From assembly GCF_963921235.1 (NCBI RefSeq), contig NC_086108.1:51028001-51092000 (forward strand): 64,000 bases of DNA. Reading direction: 5' to 3'. The position numbers and the translations under genes are program-made. The notes beneath the pieces were generated by a model. It was given only the letters and a program-made list of their open reading frames with translations, was not told where the DNA came from and ran no database searches. Below are positions 38,765 to 53,992 of this stretch, in pieces (within the stretch, counting starts at the first letter, position 1; each line of letters begins with the position of its first letter). Origin of the DNA: Mobula hypostoma (lineage: Eukaryota).

Positions 38765-38962
38765 GGCCAACCAGTGGTGTAGTGGCATCCGCACCAGACT
38801 TCGAGGTGAGTGGTCACGAGTTCAAATCTGGCCAGCTCCTTGCACGTTTTTCATCCATGCCACGTTCAGCATCGAACTCGCAATTCGGCCTCATAAGAAA
38901 CAGACAAAGAAATGGCAAGGTTGCCGCCTGATGCACCATGAGGCACGAAAGGAACAACAACA
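38765..38962 (+). mobile_element. tRNA-derived SINE
   Basis: A box tggtgtagtgg, B box gagttcaaatc, (caa)n tail. Confidence 0.7.
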
Positions 38963-39080
38963 GCCCATTCATCCCATTTCCTTTTAAGGCATTTTACCAT
39001 CAGTCAGGAGACTCTGATGCATAAGGACAAGAATGGTCTTCCCCAAGTTATTGTTTGCTATGTGTATGTTCTTTATACTA

Positions 39081-39982
39081 CAGGCGGCCCTCCTTATCTG
39101 CGAGGGATTGGTTCCAGGACCCCTCGCGGATACCAAAAAACACGGATGCTCAAGTCCCTTATTCAACCTGTCTCAATACAGTGGACCTTAAGACCCAGCG
39201 GAACCCTGGACCTGATTTAACCTGTCTCAGTGCAGTGGACATTAGGACCCGGCAGCAGAGCTCTGAATCCGAAGTGTTTCTGTTCACAAAAATAATCACG
39301 GTCACGATTTAAAATAAAGTGAAAATAATAAAGCGATTGGAAAGAGCTGAAACGCCATTGGTCATTGGAAAAGCATTAGGCTAATGTCCGTCAACGATCG
39401 GAACAATTTTAAAGGATAAAGTGAGAAAAGCCCTGCCCTGATGAAAGCTACATTTATTACTAAGCAACACAGTGGTTTAATTATTGGGTTTTGGGTTTTT
39501 GATCCTCCACATCAACCCGGCACGGATGGAGAGCAGGCTCAGGAGTGGTCTGTCACTGGATCGAACTTGGGAATTTCCGTTCCTGAGCACGGCGCTGAAA
39601 CATATGTTTCTTAAGTGTTCTATATGCATAGAAAGGTAAAATATATACTATATACTAAGACAAACGTTTGACTAACTGATGCTAAATAATACCGGATGTA
39701 CCTGTTCCGACTTACTTAGTAAGAGAACTTGCGTTTTTTTTCCAATCCCTGATCCACGATAACCTACACACATCCTCCCATATACTTTAAATCATCTCTA
39801 GATTACTTATAATACCTCATACAATGTAAATGCTATGTAAAATAGTTGTTATACTGCATTGTTTAGGGAATAATGACAAGAAAAAAAAGTCTGTACATGT
39901 TCGAACAACAAGTGCTGGAAGTGCACTTCCGGGTTTTCTCGATTCGCGGTTGGTTGAATTCGCGGATAAGGAGGGCCGACTG
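39081..39982 (+). mobile_element. Non-autonomous Tigger/pogo-like element
   Basis: TIRs caggcggccctccttatc(t)gcg and cgcggataaggagggccgactg; TA on the left; short transposase N-terminal remnant. Confidence 0.8.
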
Positions 39983-40380
39983 CACTGCGCTTTACACCCT
40001 GGTCTGGAGAAACGTTGTTTTGTTTGGCGATATGCATGTGTATAGTTAAGTGACAATGAACTATTGACACCACTGTTGTAGGCCAAAGCAAAGGTGGTGA
40101 CAAATCAGCATATAGGAGGGAGACTGAAAATCTGGCTGAGTGGTGCCACAACAACAACAACAACTTACTCAACGTCAGCAAAAACAAGGAACCGATTATT
40201 GACTTCAGGAGGAGGAAAGCAGTGGGCCATGAGCCAGTCTTCATTAAGGGATCAGAGGTGGAGAGAGTCAGCAACTTTAAATTCCTCGGTGCTAACATTT
40301 CAGAGGATCTGTCCTGGGTCCAGTTTGCAAATGGCAAAATGAAGAAAGCACGGAAGCGTCCCTACTTCCTTAGAAGTTTG

Positions 40381-41050
40381 GGGGTACGTGTCCACAGATC
40401 CCTGAAAGTTGCCTCACAGGTAGATTGGGTAGTTAAGAAAGCTTATGGGGTGTTAGCTTTCATAAGTTGAGGGATAGAGTTTAAGAGTCGCGATGTAACG
40501 ATGCAGCTCTATAAGGCTTTGGTTAGGTCGCACTTGGAGTACTGCGTCCAGTTCTGGTCGCCTCACTATAGGAAGGATGTGGAAGCATTGGAAGGGGTAC
40601 AGAGGAGATTCACCAGGACGCTGCCTGGTTTAGAGAGTATGCATTATGATCAGAGGTTAAGGGAGCTAGGGCTTTACTCTTCGGAGAGAAGGAGGATGAG
40701 AGGAGACATGACAGAGGTGTACAAGATATTAAGAGGAATAGATAGAATGGACAGCCAGCGCCTCTTCCCCAGGGCACCACTGCTCAATATAAGAGGACCA
40801 TGGCTTTAAGGTAAGGGGTGGGAAGTTCAAGGGGGATATTAGAGGAAGGTTTTTTACTCAGAGAGTGGTTGGTGCATGGAATGCACTGCCTGAGTCAGTG
40901 GTGGAGGCAAATACAATAGTGAAATTTAAGAGACTACTAGACAGGTATATGGAGGAATTTAAGGTGGGGGGTTATATGGGAAGCAGGGTTTGAGGTCAGC
41001 ACAACATTGTGGGCCGAAGGGCCTGTACTGTGCTGTACTGTTCTATGTTC
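40381..41050 (+). mobile_element. CR1 3' fragment
   Basis: ORF 40501-40809 with LEYCVQFWSP; ttctatg tail. Confidence 0.85.
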
Positions 41051-42585
41051 ACTCTGTCTGGCTGAAGCTGAGGTGAGGAAGACCCTGGCCAGAGTCAATC
41101 ACACAAAGCTGCGGGGCCCAATAATATACCAGGCTGCGTTCTGAAAGACTGCACAGCCCAGTGGACACAGGTGCCGATGGATATAGTCAACATCTCACTG
41201 TAACAATCCATTGTCACCCTGGTTTTCAAGGCAGAAATCATCATTCCAATGCCAAAGAAGCCGACAGTAACCTCCCTAAATAACTATTGTCCAGTGGCAT
41301 TAACATCAACCATTATGAAATGCTCTGAGCAGCTGGTCATGGAGCATATTAAAGCCTTTCTCCTGACTACACTGGACCCTTTCCACTGATTACACAATAG
41401 CTTTTGACCTCCCCTCTGTCCTGTCCCAACTGGAAAATGGGGTCTCATATGCAAGACTGCTGTTTATAGACTATAGTTCAGCGTTCAACACCATCATACC
41501 CCAGAAACTGGTGGGGAAATTGTCCGTGATGGGTCTCAACACCTTCCTCTGCAGTTGGATACTGGACTTCTTAACAGTAAGGCCACAGCCAGTCCATGTG
41601 GGCAGCAACATCTCTAGTCCCATAACGCTGAGTACTGGCATCCCCCAAGGCTGTGTACTCAGCCTGCTGCTGTTCACACTGCTTATGCATGACTGCTTCA
41701 CAGGATCCAGCTCAAACCATGCCATCAAGCTTGCAGATGACACAACAGTAGTTGGCCTTATCAAGAACAATGATGAGATGCAGTATAAAGAGGAAGGGGA
41801 ATGGTTGGTGGATTGGTTTGAGAAGAAAAACCTAAGCCTGAATGTGGAGAAGACAAAGGAAATTATGGACTTCAGGAAGGTGAAGAAAAACATTCCCCTC
41901 TGCAAATACCTTCCCCTCTTCTTCATAAAGAGAGTTGAGGTAAGTGCACCAAGTTCCTGGGAGTTAAGTCATAGATGACCTCAGCTGGTCCTTTAAACTC
42001 ACCTCCCTGAACAAGGAAGCACAGCAGCACCTCCACTTCCAAAAAAGATTGAGGCAAGCAAGGCTCCCACCCCCTCATCTTAACTGTGTTTTACAGGAGC
42101 ACCACTGAGTGTGACCTGACAAGGTGCATCTCAATCTGGTATGGGGGCAGTCAAGCATTAGACCGGCAGTCCCTACAAAGGACAGTGAGAAAGCCAAGAG
42201 GACCACAGGGGTCTCTCTACTATCCACTAAGGACATTTACCAGGAGCACTGCATACACAGGGCCCCACCCATCCATCCAACATCCACTTTGACTTTCTAC
42301 CATTAGACAGGAAACTACGAGGCATAAAAACAAGAACAGACAGGATGAGATACAGTTTCTTTCCCCAGGCCATTAGGCTTCTGAGCTCTTGGCTACATCG
42401 CATTCAAAGTGTCACTGGTTAATCTGTTCCATACCTTTCAACATTTAAAATGAATGAATGCACTTTAGTTTGCAATTTACATGCGATTCATCTGTAGATT
42501 CTATCCTACCTTCATAAGTTATCATGTGTTATGTGTACTACAGTGCTTTACACCCTGGTTCGAAGAAACGTCTCGTTTCTATATA
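41051..42585 (+). mobile_element. Rex1/Babar-type LINE; its tail continues at 44256-44287 and 45881-45917
   Basis: [20 protein letters not shown]; final aataaa(cttga)n at ~45895-45917. Confidence 0.8.
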
Positions 42586-44253
42586 CAGGTGTCCCCCGCT
42601 TTTCGAACGTTCGCTTTACGAAACCTCACTGTTACGAAAGACCTACATTAGTACCGTTTTCGCTTTCAGAAGGTGTTTTCACTGTTACGAAAAAAAAAAG
42701 CAGCGCACGATAAAATATCAGCGCGTGCCAAGCAGACGCTCTCCCCTGGATTCGGAACGGCATTGCTTTAACACATGCCTGTGAGCAGCCGTTTGCAAGA
42801 TGAGTTCTAAGGTATCAGAAAAGCCTGAAAGAGCTCGTAAGGGTGTTATACTTAGCGTAAAACTAGACATAATTAAGCGTTTTGATTGTGGTGAATGAAA
42901 TAAGGACAACGTGAGTTTGGCTTGTGGAAGCTGACGAACATGATGTTGAAGAGGTTTTGGCATCCCATGACCAAGAACTGACAGATGAAGAGCTGATGCA
43001 ATTGGAAGAAAAAAGGATATCAATCGAAATCGAATGAGTAATGATAAAGTACAACTTTAATTTTGAAAGGGTACGTCGGTTTAGGAGATATTTGCAGGAT
43101 GGTTTGAGTCCTTACAAAGATAGATAGATATACTTTATTAATCCTGAGGGAAATTGGGTTTCATTACAGCTGCACCAACCAAGAATAGAGCATAAATATA
43201 GCAATACAAAAACCACAAACTATCAACCAACAAAATGCCAACTATTCAAGGCAGAGTACAAAGTTAACGGCACAGTGTGATAGAAAAATGCGCAAAGCTC
43301 AGCAGTCAATCAAGCCTTCCCCATCAGCCACAGCAGACGACGAACCTCGACCTTCAACATCGAGGCGAGCAGTCATAGGAGATGATGAGCTGCCTGCCCT
43401 GATCGACGATGAGATGACACTCCAGTGTCCCACCACCCCAACCCCCAGGCCCCGGACAGATACTGTACCAATTCGCGGAGAATGCAGCGGTAGCCGGGAG
43501 GCACACAGCACATCCTTAAGAAAAAAAGCCAAAGTAAGCATGCTAATTAATTAGGTGCCGCCGACACGTAATTGTCGGCCCAGATCAGAGACGACACAAT
43601 TGGAAATCAGCACTGATCTGGGCCGACAATTACGTGTCGGATGGCACCTAATTAATTAGCATGTTTATTTCGGCTTTTTTCTTAAAGATGTGCTGTGTGC
43701 CTCCCGGCTACTGCTGCATTCCTACATGCTTCGTGGCAATGTATCGCTCGGTGGCCTGGAGGGTGGGGGCCACTGTACTATCCCAACCTGCGACGACTCA
43801 GTCTAACACACCATCATCAGTGTGCTCGGCAAGCTATCTTCCCAATTCCAGTAAGTGATACTACACTGTACATATATTATTTCTACTTTATATATACATG
43901 TTATTTGGTATGATTTGGCAGCTTCATAGCTTAAAGGTTACTGGAGAGAGTGTTCTTGCCAACAGTGCTTGCGTGAGTTTTCGCTACGGAGAACAGTTCA
44001 GGCAATGATTGTGGAAAAGTATTTCTACTTTATATAGGCTGTATATTTATCATATCATTCTTGCTTTTACTATATGTTACTGTTATTTTAGGTTTTATGT
44101 GTTACTTGGCATGATTTGGTAGGTTATTTTTGGGTCTGCGAACGCTCACAAAATTTTCCCAAATAAATGGTAATTGCTTCTTCGCTTTACGACATTTCGG
44201 CTTACGAACCGTTTCATAGGAACCCTTTACCTTTGAATGGTGGGGGAAACCTG
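42586..44253 (+). mobile_element. Non-autonomous Tigger/pogo-like element with internal palindrome
   Basis: TA|caggtgtcccccg ... gggggaaacctg|TA. HTH-start and acidic C-terminal remnants (DVEEVLASHDQELTDEELMQLEE). Confidence 0.85.
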
Positions 44254-44287
44254 TACATTATATGGTTACATATGCTATATGCATGTA

Positions 44288-45880
44288 CAGTGCCTATAAA
44301 ATGTATTAACCCCCTTTGGAAGTTTTCATGTTTTTATTGTTTTATAACGTTGAATCACAGTGGATTTAATTTGGCTTTTTTTAAAACACCGATCAACAGA
44401 AAAAGACTCTTCTGTGCCAAAGTGAAACAGATCTCTGCAAAGTAAGTCATTACAAATAAAAACACAAAATAATTGATTGCATAAGTATTCACCCCCTTTT
44501 ATATGACACACCAAATCATTACTAGTGCAGCCAATTAATTTTAGAAGTCACATAATTAGTTAAATGCAGATGACTGTATGCAGTCAAGGTATTTTCAATT
44601 GATTGTAGTGTAAGGTCCAAATGCTGGTGAGCCAGTACCCTTCAAAAACTACACCATGAACATAACAGAACACTCCAAGAAACTCCATATAACGGTTATA
44701 GAAAAGCATAAGATGGATACAAAAAAAATTTCCAAGTCACTGAATATCGCTTGGAGTACAGTAAAGCCAATCATAGGAAATGCAAAGAACATGGCACAGC
44801 TGTAAATCTACCTAGAGCAGACCGTCCTCAAAATCTGAGTGACCGTGAAAGAAGGAGACTAGTGAAGGAAGCCACCAAGAGACCTGTAACAACTCTGAAG
44901 GAGTTCCAAGCTTCAGTGGCTGAGATGGGAGAGATTGTGCACACAACAACTGCTGCCTGGGTGCTTCAGCAGTCGCAGCTTATGGGAGAGTAACAAAGAG
45001 AAAGCCAATGTTGGGAAAAAAAAACTCACATGAAATCTCAGCTAGAGTTTGCCTGATGGCATGTGGGAGACTGTGAAGTCGGCGGGAAGAAGGTTCTATG
45101 GTCTGATGAAACCAAAATTGAACTTTTTGACCATCAGACTAAACACTGTGTTTGACATAGGCCAAACACTGCACATCATCAAGAACACACCATTCTTACT
45201 GTGAAACATGGTGGTGGCTACATCATACTGGGGGGATGCTTTACTGTAGCAGGCCCTGGAAGGCTTGTGAAGGTAGAGGGTAAAATGATTGCAGCAAAAT
45301 ACAGGGAAATCCTGTAGGAAAACCTGATGCAGTCTGCAAGAGAACTGCAACTGGGAAGAAGATTAGTTTTCCAGCAAGTCAATGACCCCAAGCACAATGC
45401 CAAAGCTACATAGGAATGGCTTAAAACCAATAATCTCCTGGAGTGGCCAAGACAGAGTCCAGACCTCAATCCAATTAGAATCTGTGGCTGGACTTGAAAA
45501 GAACTGTTCATTCACGATCTCCATGCAATCTGACAGAGGTTGAGCAGTTTTGTAAAGAATGGGAAAGATTGCACTCTCCAGATGTGCAAAGCTGATAGAA
45601 CCTATCCACACAGACTTAAGGCTGTAATTGCTGCTAAAGGCACATCTACTAAATATTGACCTGAAGAAGGTGAATACTTAAGCAATCAATTATTTTGTTT
45701 CTATATTTGTAATTAATTTAGATTTCTTTGTAGAGATCTGTCTTCAGTTTGACATGAAAAAGTCTATTTTCTGTTGATCAGTGTTAAAACAAATTGCCAA
45801 ATTAAATCCACAGTGATTCAATGTTGTAAAACAATAAAAAATGAAAACTTCCGGGGGGGAGGGGGGAGGGTGGTGGTGCT
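44288..45880 (+). mobile_element. Degraded Tc1 (different family)
   Basis: TA|cagtgcctataaaatgtatt, long TIRs, [11 protein letters not shown] and LEWPRQSPDLNP remnants. Confidence 0.88.
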
Positions 45881-45917
45881 TATATCTAAATGACAATAAA
45901 CTTGACTTGACTTGACT

Positions 45918-47374
45918 TCTCGTCAATACTGAATACACCATTTAAACAACCATAGTCTAGATTCAAACAAGTATGTAAACCTCTGGGGTAATGCATTCAA
46001 CAAAAGGTACTTGGAATCAGGTGTTCCAATCAATGAAATGAGTTTCAAGGTGTGGGTTAGAGAAGTGCACTGCCCTATAAAAAAGACACACAAAAGGCAA
46101 GGGTACTGACAGAGATTGCTCTTCTCAAGAAAGATCTGTTTATGGGCACCATGCCTTGATCAAAACAACTTAGAGGACCTTAGAATTGTAGAGATGCATG
46201 AAGCTGGAAAAGACTACAAAAGCATTTCTAAAGACCTGAAAGTTCAACAGCCACAGTAAGAAAAATTGTCTACAAATGGAGGAAACTCAGTACTGTTGCT
46301 ACTCTCCTTAAGAGTGGGTATCCTGCAAAGATCACACCAAGAGCACAATGTGCAATGCTGAAGGAAGTGAAAAAGGATCTAAGAGTAACAGCAAAAGACC
46401 TGCAGAAATCTCTAGAACTTGCTGAAATCTTTGCTCATGTGTCCTCTATAAGCAAAACACTGCACAAGAATGGTGTTCATGGAAGGACATCATGGAGGAA
46501 ACCACCACTCTCCAAAAAGACAACATTGCTGCATGTCTCAACTTTGTAAAAGACCACCTTCATGTTCCACAACACTTCTGGGACAATGTTCTGTGGAAAG
46601 ATGAGACAAAAGTTGAACTTCTTGGCAGAAATGCACACTGCTATGTTTGGAGGGAAAAGGACACTACATACCAATACTAAAACTTCATCCCAACTGTGAA
46701 GCATGGTGGAAGGAGAATCATGGTTTGGGGCTGCTTTGCTCCCTCAGACCTGGACAGCTTGCAATCATTGAGGGAACAATGAATTCAAAACTATATCAAG
46801 AAATTTTACAAGTCAATGTCAGGGTAGCGGTCTGACATTTGAGACTTAAAAGAAGTTGCAAGAGGCAACAAGACCATGATCCAAAACACAAAGTAAATCA
46901 ACAGAATGGTTTAAAAAGAAGAAAATCTGTGTTTTGCAATGGCCATATCAGAGTCCAGACCTTAACCCGATTGAAATCCTGTGACATGACCTGAAGAGGG
47001 CTGTTCACACAAGTAATCCCAGAAATATTGATGAACTGAAATAGTTTTGTATGGAGGAATGGAATAAAGTTCCTCCTCGCCATTGTGCATCTGATCGGCA
47101 GTTGCAGGTAAGTTTTGGTGGAGGTTATTGCTGCTAAAGGAAATTCTACCAGTTATTAAACAGAAGGGTTCACATACTTTTTCCAGCCAGAGCTGTGAAT
47201 GTTTAAGCAATGTGTTCCATAAAGACATATAAAGTACAATTGCTTTTGTGTTATTAGTTTAGACAGATTAGGTTTGTCTATTATTGTGACTTAAATGAAG
47301 ATCAGACAACATTTTTTGAGTAATTAATGCAGAAAACCAATAATTACAAAGGGTTTACAAACTTCTTGCAACTC
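45918..47374 (+). mobile_element. Degraded Tc1, same family as 35890-37468, left end missing
   Basis: FWDNVLWKDETKVELLGRN; right TIR ...cttcttgcaactc|TA. Confidence 0.88.
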
Positions 47375-47419
47375 TAAGTTACGGGGGTGATTCTTGGGGG
47401 CTAAGATATATGTACATCT

Positions 47420-49975
47420 GAAAAGAATTAGGTCATTCAGCCCATTGTGTAGGCTCTGTCATTTGAACATGACTGATTTATTCTTCCCCCTCAACCCCAT
47501 TTTTCTGGCTTCTCCCAGTAACCTTTAATGACTTTATTCATCAAAAATCTATCATCCTCAGCTTTAAATCTACCTAATAATTTGGCTTCCATAATTATCT
47601 GTGACAATGATTTCTATACATTCACTACCTCTGGCTATAGAAGTTCCTCTTCGTCTTTGTTCTAAAGGATTGTCCTTTCATTCTAGGGCTGCGTTGTCTG
47701 GTCCTAGACTCCCACATCCTCTCCACGTCCATATAACCATATAAAAATTACAGCACGGAAACAGGCCATCTCAGCCCTTCTAGTCCGTGCCGAACTCTTA
47801 CTCTCACCTAGTCCCACCAACCTGCACTCAGCCCATAACCCTCCATTCCCTTCCTGTCTATATAGCTATCCAATTTAACTTTAAACGACAACATCGAATC
47901 TGCCTCAACCACTTCTGCTGGAAGCTCATTCCACACAGCTACCACTCTCTGAGTTAAGAAGTTCCCCCTCATGTTACCCGTAAACAGCATATCCACGTCA
48001 ACTCTATCAATCCCCTTCATAATTCTAAACACCCTCAACAATTCAAGTCCCCCCTCAACCTTCTACGCTCCAAAGATTAAAAGACCTAACTTGTTCAACC
48101 TTTCTCTGTAACTTAGGAGATGAAACCCAGGCAACATTTTAGTAAACCTCCTCTGTACTCTCTCAATTTTATTGACATCTTTCCTGTAATTCGGTGACCA
48201 GAACTGTACACAACACTCCAAATTTGGCCTTACCAATGCCCTAAACAATTTCAACATTACAACCCAACTCCTATACTCAATGCTCTGATTAATAAAGGCC
48301 AGCATACCAAAAGCTTTGTTCACCATCCTATCCACATGAGATTCCACCTTCAGGGAACTATGCACCATTATTCCTCGATCCCTCTGTTCTACAGTATTCC
48401 TCAATGCCCTACCATTTACCATGTATGTCTTATTTTGATTAGTCCTACCAAAATGTAGCACCTCACATTTTTCAGCATTAAACTCCATCTGCCATCTTTC
48501 AGCCCACTCATCTGTCCTAAATCTCTCTGCAAGCTTTGAAAACCTACCTCATCATCCACAACGCCACCTATCTAAGTATCATCTGCATACTTACTAATCC
48601 AATTTACCACCCCATCATCCAGATCATTAATATATATGACAAACAACATTGGACCCAGTACAGATCCCTGAGGCACATTGCTACAAACCGTCCTCCAATC
48701 TGACACACAGTTATCCACCACTACTCTCTGGCGTCTCCCATCTAGCCACTGCTGAATCCATTTTACTACTTCAATGTTAATGCCTAACGTCCATTAGGCA
48801 TTTCAAATTACGGTGGGTTTCAACGAGAATCCCCCTCATCCTTCTAAATTCTAGCGAGTACAGACTGAGAGCCAGAGAAAGGCTCGTATGTTAAACTTTT
48901 CATCCCCAGGATCATTCTCAAAACCTCTGGGCCCTTTCCAATGCCAGTACTTGGGTATGAGGGCCAAAACTGCTCACAGTACTCCAATACCTTATAAAGC
49001 CTCTTAATTACTGTACATCCTTGATTTTTTTTATTCCAGCTCTCTATAAACAAATTTTTAACATGTATTTGCATTCCTCACTAAAAAAAATCAGCCTGCA
49101 AGTTAACTTTTAGGGAATCCTGCATTAGGACTTCCAAGTCCCTTTACACTCAATTTCTGAATTCTGCTCACTTAGCATAAATAGTCCACTCCTTTATTCC
49201 TTCGACTAAAGTGCTTAACTATATACTTCCCTACTTTGTATTCAGTATGCCACTTCTTTGCCCATTCTCCTAATCTGTCTAAATTCTTCTGCAGACTCCC
49301 TGGTTCCTCAGCACAAAAAAATACACTGACCATTGTGGAACACAACTAGTCACTGGCAGCCAACCAGAAAAGGTCTCCTTTATTCCCATTCTATGCTTTC
49401 TGCCAGTCAGCCAACCTTCTGTCGATGCTAGTATCTTCCTAGTTACACCATGGAATCCTATCTTGTTTAACAGACTCATTTGCGGCACCTTGTCAAAGGC
49501 CTTCTGAAAATCCAAGTAAGCAGCATCCATTGTCCATCCTACCCATCATTTCTCGTAGAAATTCCAACAGATTTTTCAGGCAAGATTTTCCTTTAAGGAT
49601 ACCATGTTGACTTTGGCTTCTTTTATCATGTGTTTCCAAGTAACCCAAAACTTCATCCTTAATAATGGACTCTTAAAACTTACCAACCACTGAAGTCAAG
49701 GTAAACAGCCTATAACTCCCCGTCTTTTGCTTCTCTACCTTTGAAATCATTTCTGATTCTAGAGATTCTTGAAAGATCTCGACTAATAGTTCCACAATTT
49801 CTTCAGCTACCTCTTTCAGAACCCTGGGGTGTAGTCCATCCAGTCCATGTGACTTACCATCTTCAGATCCTTCAGCCTCCAATGCACCTTCTTCTTAGTT
49901 ATACCAACTGCACTCACTTCTGCCCTCCCTCTCTAATTTATAGCACCACAGTTAAGACTGACAAAAAAAAACTTA
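47420..49975 (-). mobile_element. Nested CR1 fragments (younger copy ~47732-48790 within an older one)
   Basis: YLDFQKAFDKV, KCEVLHFG, RPNLECCVQFWSP; (ttatatgg)n tail. Confidence 0.85.
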
Positions 49976-50059
49976 CCAAATCCAGATTGCCTTTTCCCCT
50001 AGAGGGCTTGACCACAAGCTACTCTAAAGAGCCATCTCACATGCTTTGAGGGGTTATTG

Positions 50060-50590
50060 GAGGGAGTCAATATAGAAAGGATTATCGGCTTCAAGTTGCT
50101 GGGTGTTAACATACTGGGCCCAGTAAATTGATACAATCACAAAGATGACACACCAGCATCTCCACTTCATTAGTCTGAGGAAATCTGGTATGTTGCCAAA
50201 GATTGTTGCATATTTCTACAGGTGTACAATGGACAGCATTCAGACTGGTTGCATCACAGTTGGTACGGAACCTCAATACACAGAATTGCAAGAGGCTTCA
50301 GAGGGTTATAGACTCAGTCAGTTCCATCACAGGTACAAACCTGTTCATCAGAGGACATCTTCAAGAGAAGGTGTCTCATGAAGACAGCATTCATCTTTAA
50401 AGATAAAGGAACCTGAAAACCCACACTCAGTGTTTTAAAATCAAATTTCTCTAAATGGTCCATGAATCCATTAACTCTATCTCACTATTTGTCTTTGGCA
50501 CTATTTATTTATTTTTGTACCTTATAGTTTTTTGGTATGTCTCGCACATCATGACAGATGTTAATGATAATAAAACTGATTCTGATTTTA
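50060..50590 (+). mobile_element. Rex1/Babar-type LINE 3' fragment
   Basis: QHLHFISLRKSGM..FYRCT; aataaaactgattctga tail. Confidence 0.65.
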
Positions 50591-50751
50591 CAAATTCCTT
50601 CTCTTGCGATCCAGCACCAACTTGATTTTCCCAGTCTTCCTGCATATTGAAATCCTCCATAATTATTATAACAGTATCTTTCTTACATGGATTAAAAATC
50701 AAAAATACATTAAAGACATGTATGTAATGTACTACTTAAACTTGGAATGTA

Positions 50752-52946
<2,195 letters not shown>

Positions 52947-53264
52947 AAACTTGGAATGTAATGGAATTCAAAATTAGCCATTATTTTCGTTGATGTTTGT
53001 ACAAACATTGTAAAAAATAATGCAATGAGTGAAATGGGTATAATTTTATCATTTCAATTTTTATTCAAAATTTAATCTGTCATCAGCCTAACAGGAACAA
53101 GCCACAAATTAAATGCAACTGTTCTTCTACAATGTAGAGGATAAAACTCTTCACAATTTTAAAGTTTGCTTGATTTTACTCTCTTTAAATTGTTTCAATT
53201 TCTTTAAAAATTGGCTGTTGTATCACACATTCTGTATGAATAGCTCCCTCAGTGATCCCTTGTC

Positions 53265-53992
53265 CATTCGTCCCTCCCCACTATCTCTCTCCAAGCACTT
53301 ATCCTAGCAAGTGGCCAAAGTGCTACACCTGTCATTCACCTCCTCCCTCACCTCCCTTCAGGCCCACAAACAGCCATTCCAGGTACACTCCCAGCGCTGC
53401 CTCCGCTCCATTTATGAGACCCACCATGAATTGGGGGATGCTTCATCAAGAACCTCCATTCTAACCGCCAACAGCAGAACTTCTTGATGGCTTAATATTT
53501 TAATTCCCATTCCCATCCCAACATGTTGGTCCATGGCCTCCTCTTGTGCCACGATGAGGACACCTCAGGGTGGAGAAGCAACACTTTATATTCTGTCTGG
53601 ATAGCCTCCAACCTGATGGCATGAATAATGACTTCTCTTTCCAGTAGTAAAAAAAAAAACCCTCACCCTCCCCTCTTCTTCTATTCCACACTCTAGCTTC
53701 TTATCTCTTCTCACTGTCTATCATCGTGCCCCTCCTCCTTCCCTTTCTCCTATGGTCCACTCTCCTCTCCTATTATAGATTCCTTCATCTCCAGTCCTTT
53801 ACCTTACCCACCGACCTGGCTTCATCTATCACTTAGCAATCCTTCTTCCTCACCCACCCCTCACCATTTTATTCTGGTGTCTTCCCCCTTTCTTTCCAGT
53901 CCTGAAGAAGGGTCTCACCCCAAATTGCTGTTTGTTCATTCCACACATTCTCCCTGACCTGCTGAGTTTCTCCAACATTTTGTTTATGTGGC
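53265..53992 (+). mobile_element. Penelope-like 3' fragment
   Basis: LRVEKQHFIFCLDSLQPDGMN remnant, pyrimidine-rich UTR, decayed hammerhead tail. Confidence 0.75.

Larger units (their letters stand above)
34800..39080 (+). mobile_element. Long degraded Rex1/Babar-type LINE with nested Tc1, L1 tail (~38236-38354) and SINE
   Basis: LPSILLANVQSLENK, CILCFTET, YLPREFS; RT remnants after 37470. Confidence 0.8.

Noticed and set aside
38775..38840. tRNA gene
   Set aside because: A and B boxes are present, but I see no convincing cloverleaf and a SINE body with a (caa)n tail follows.
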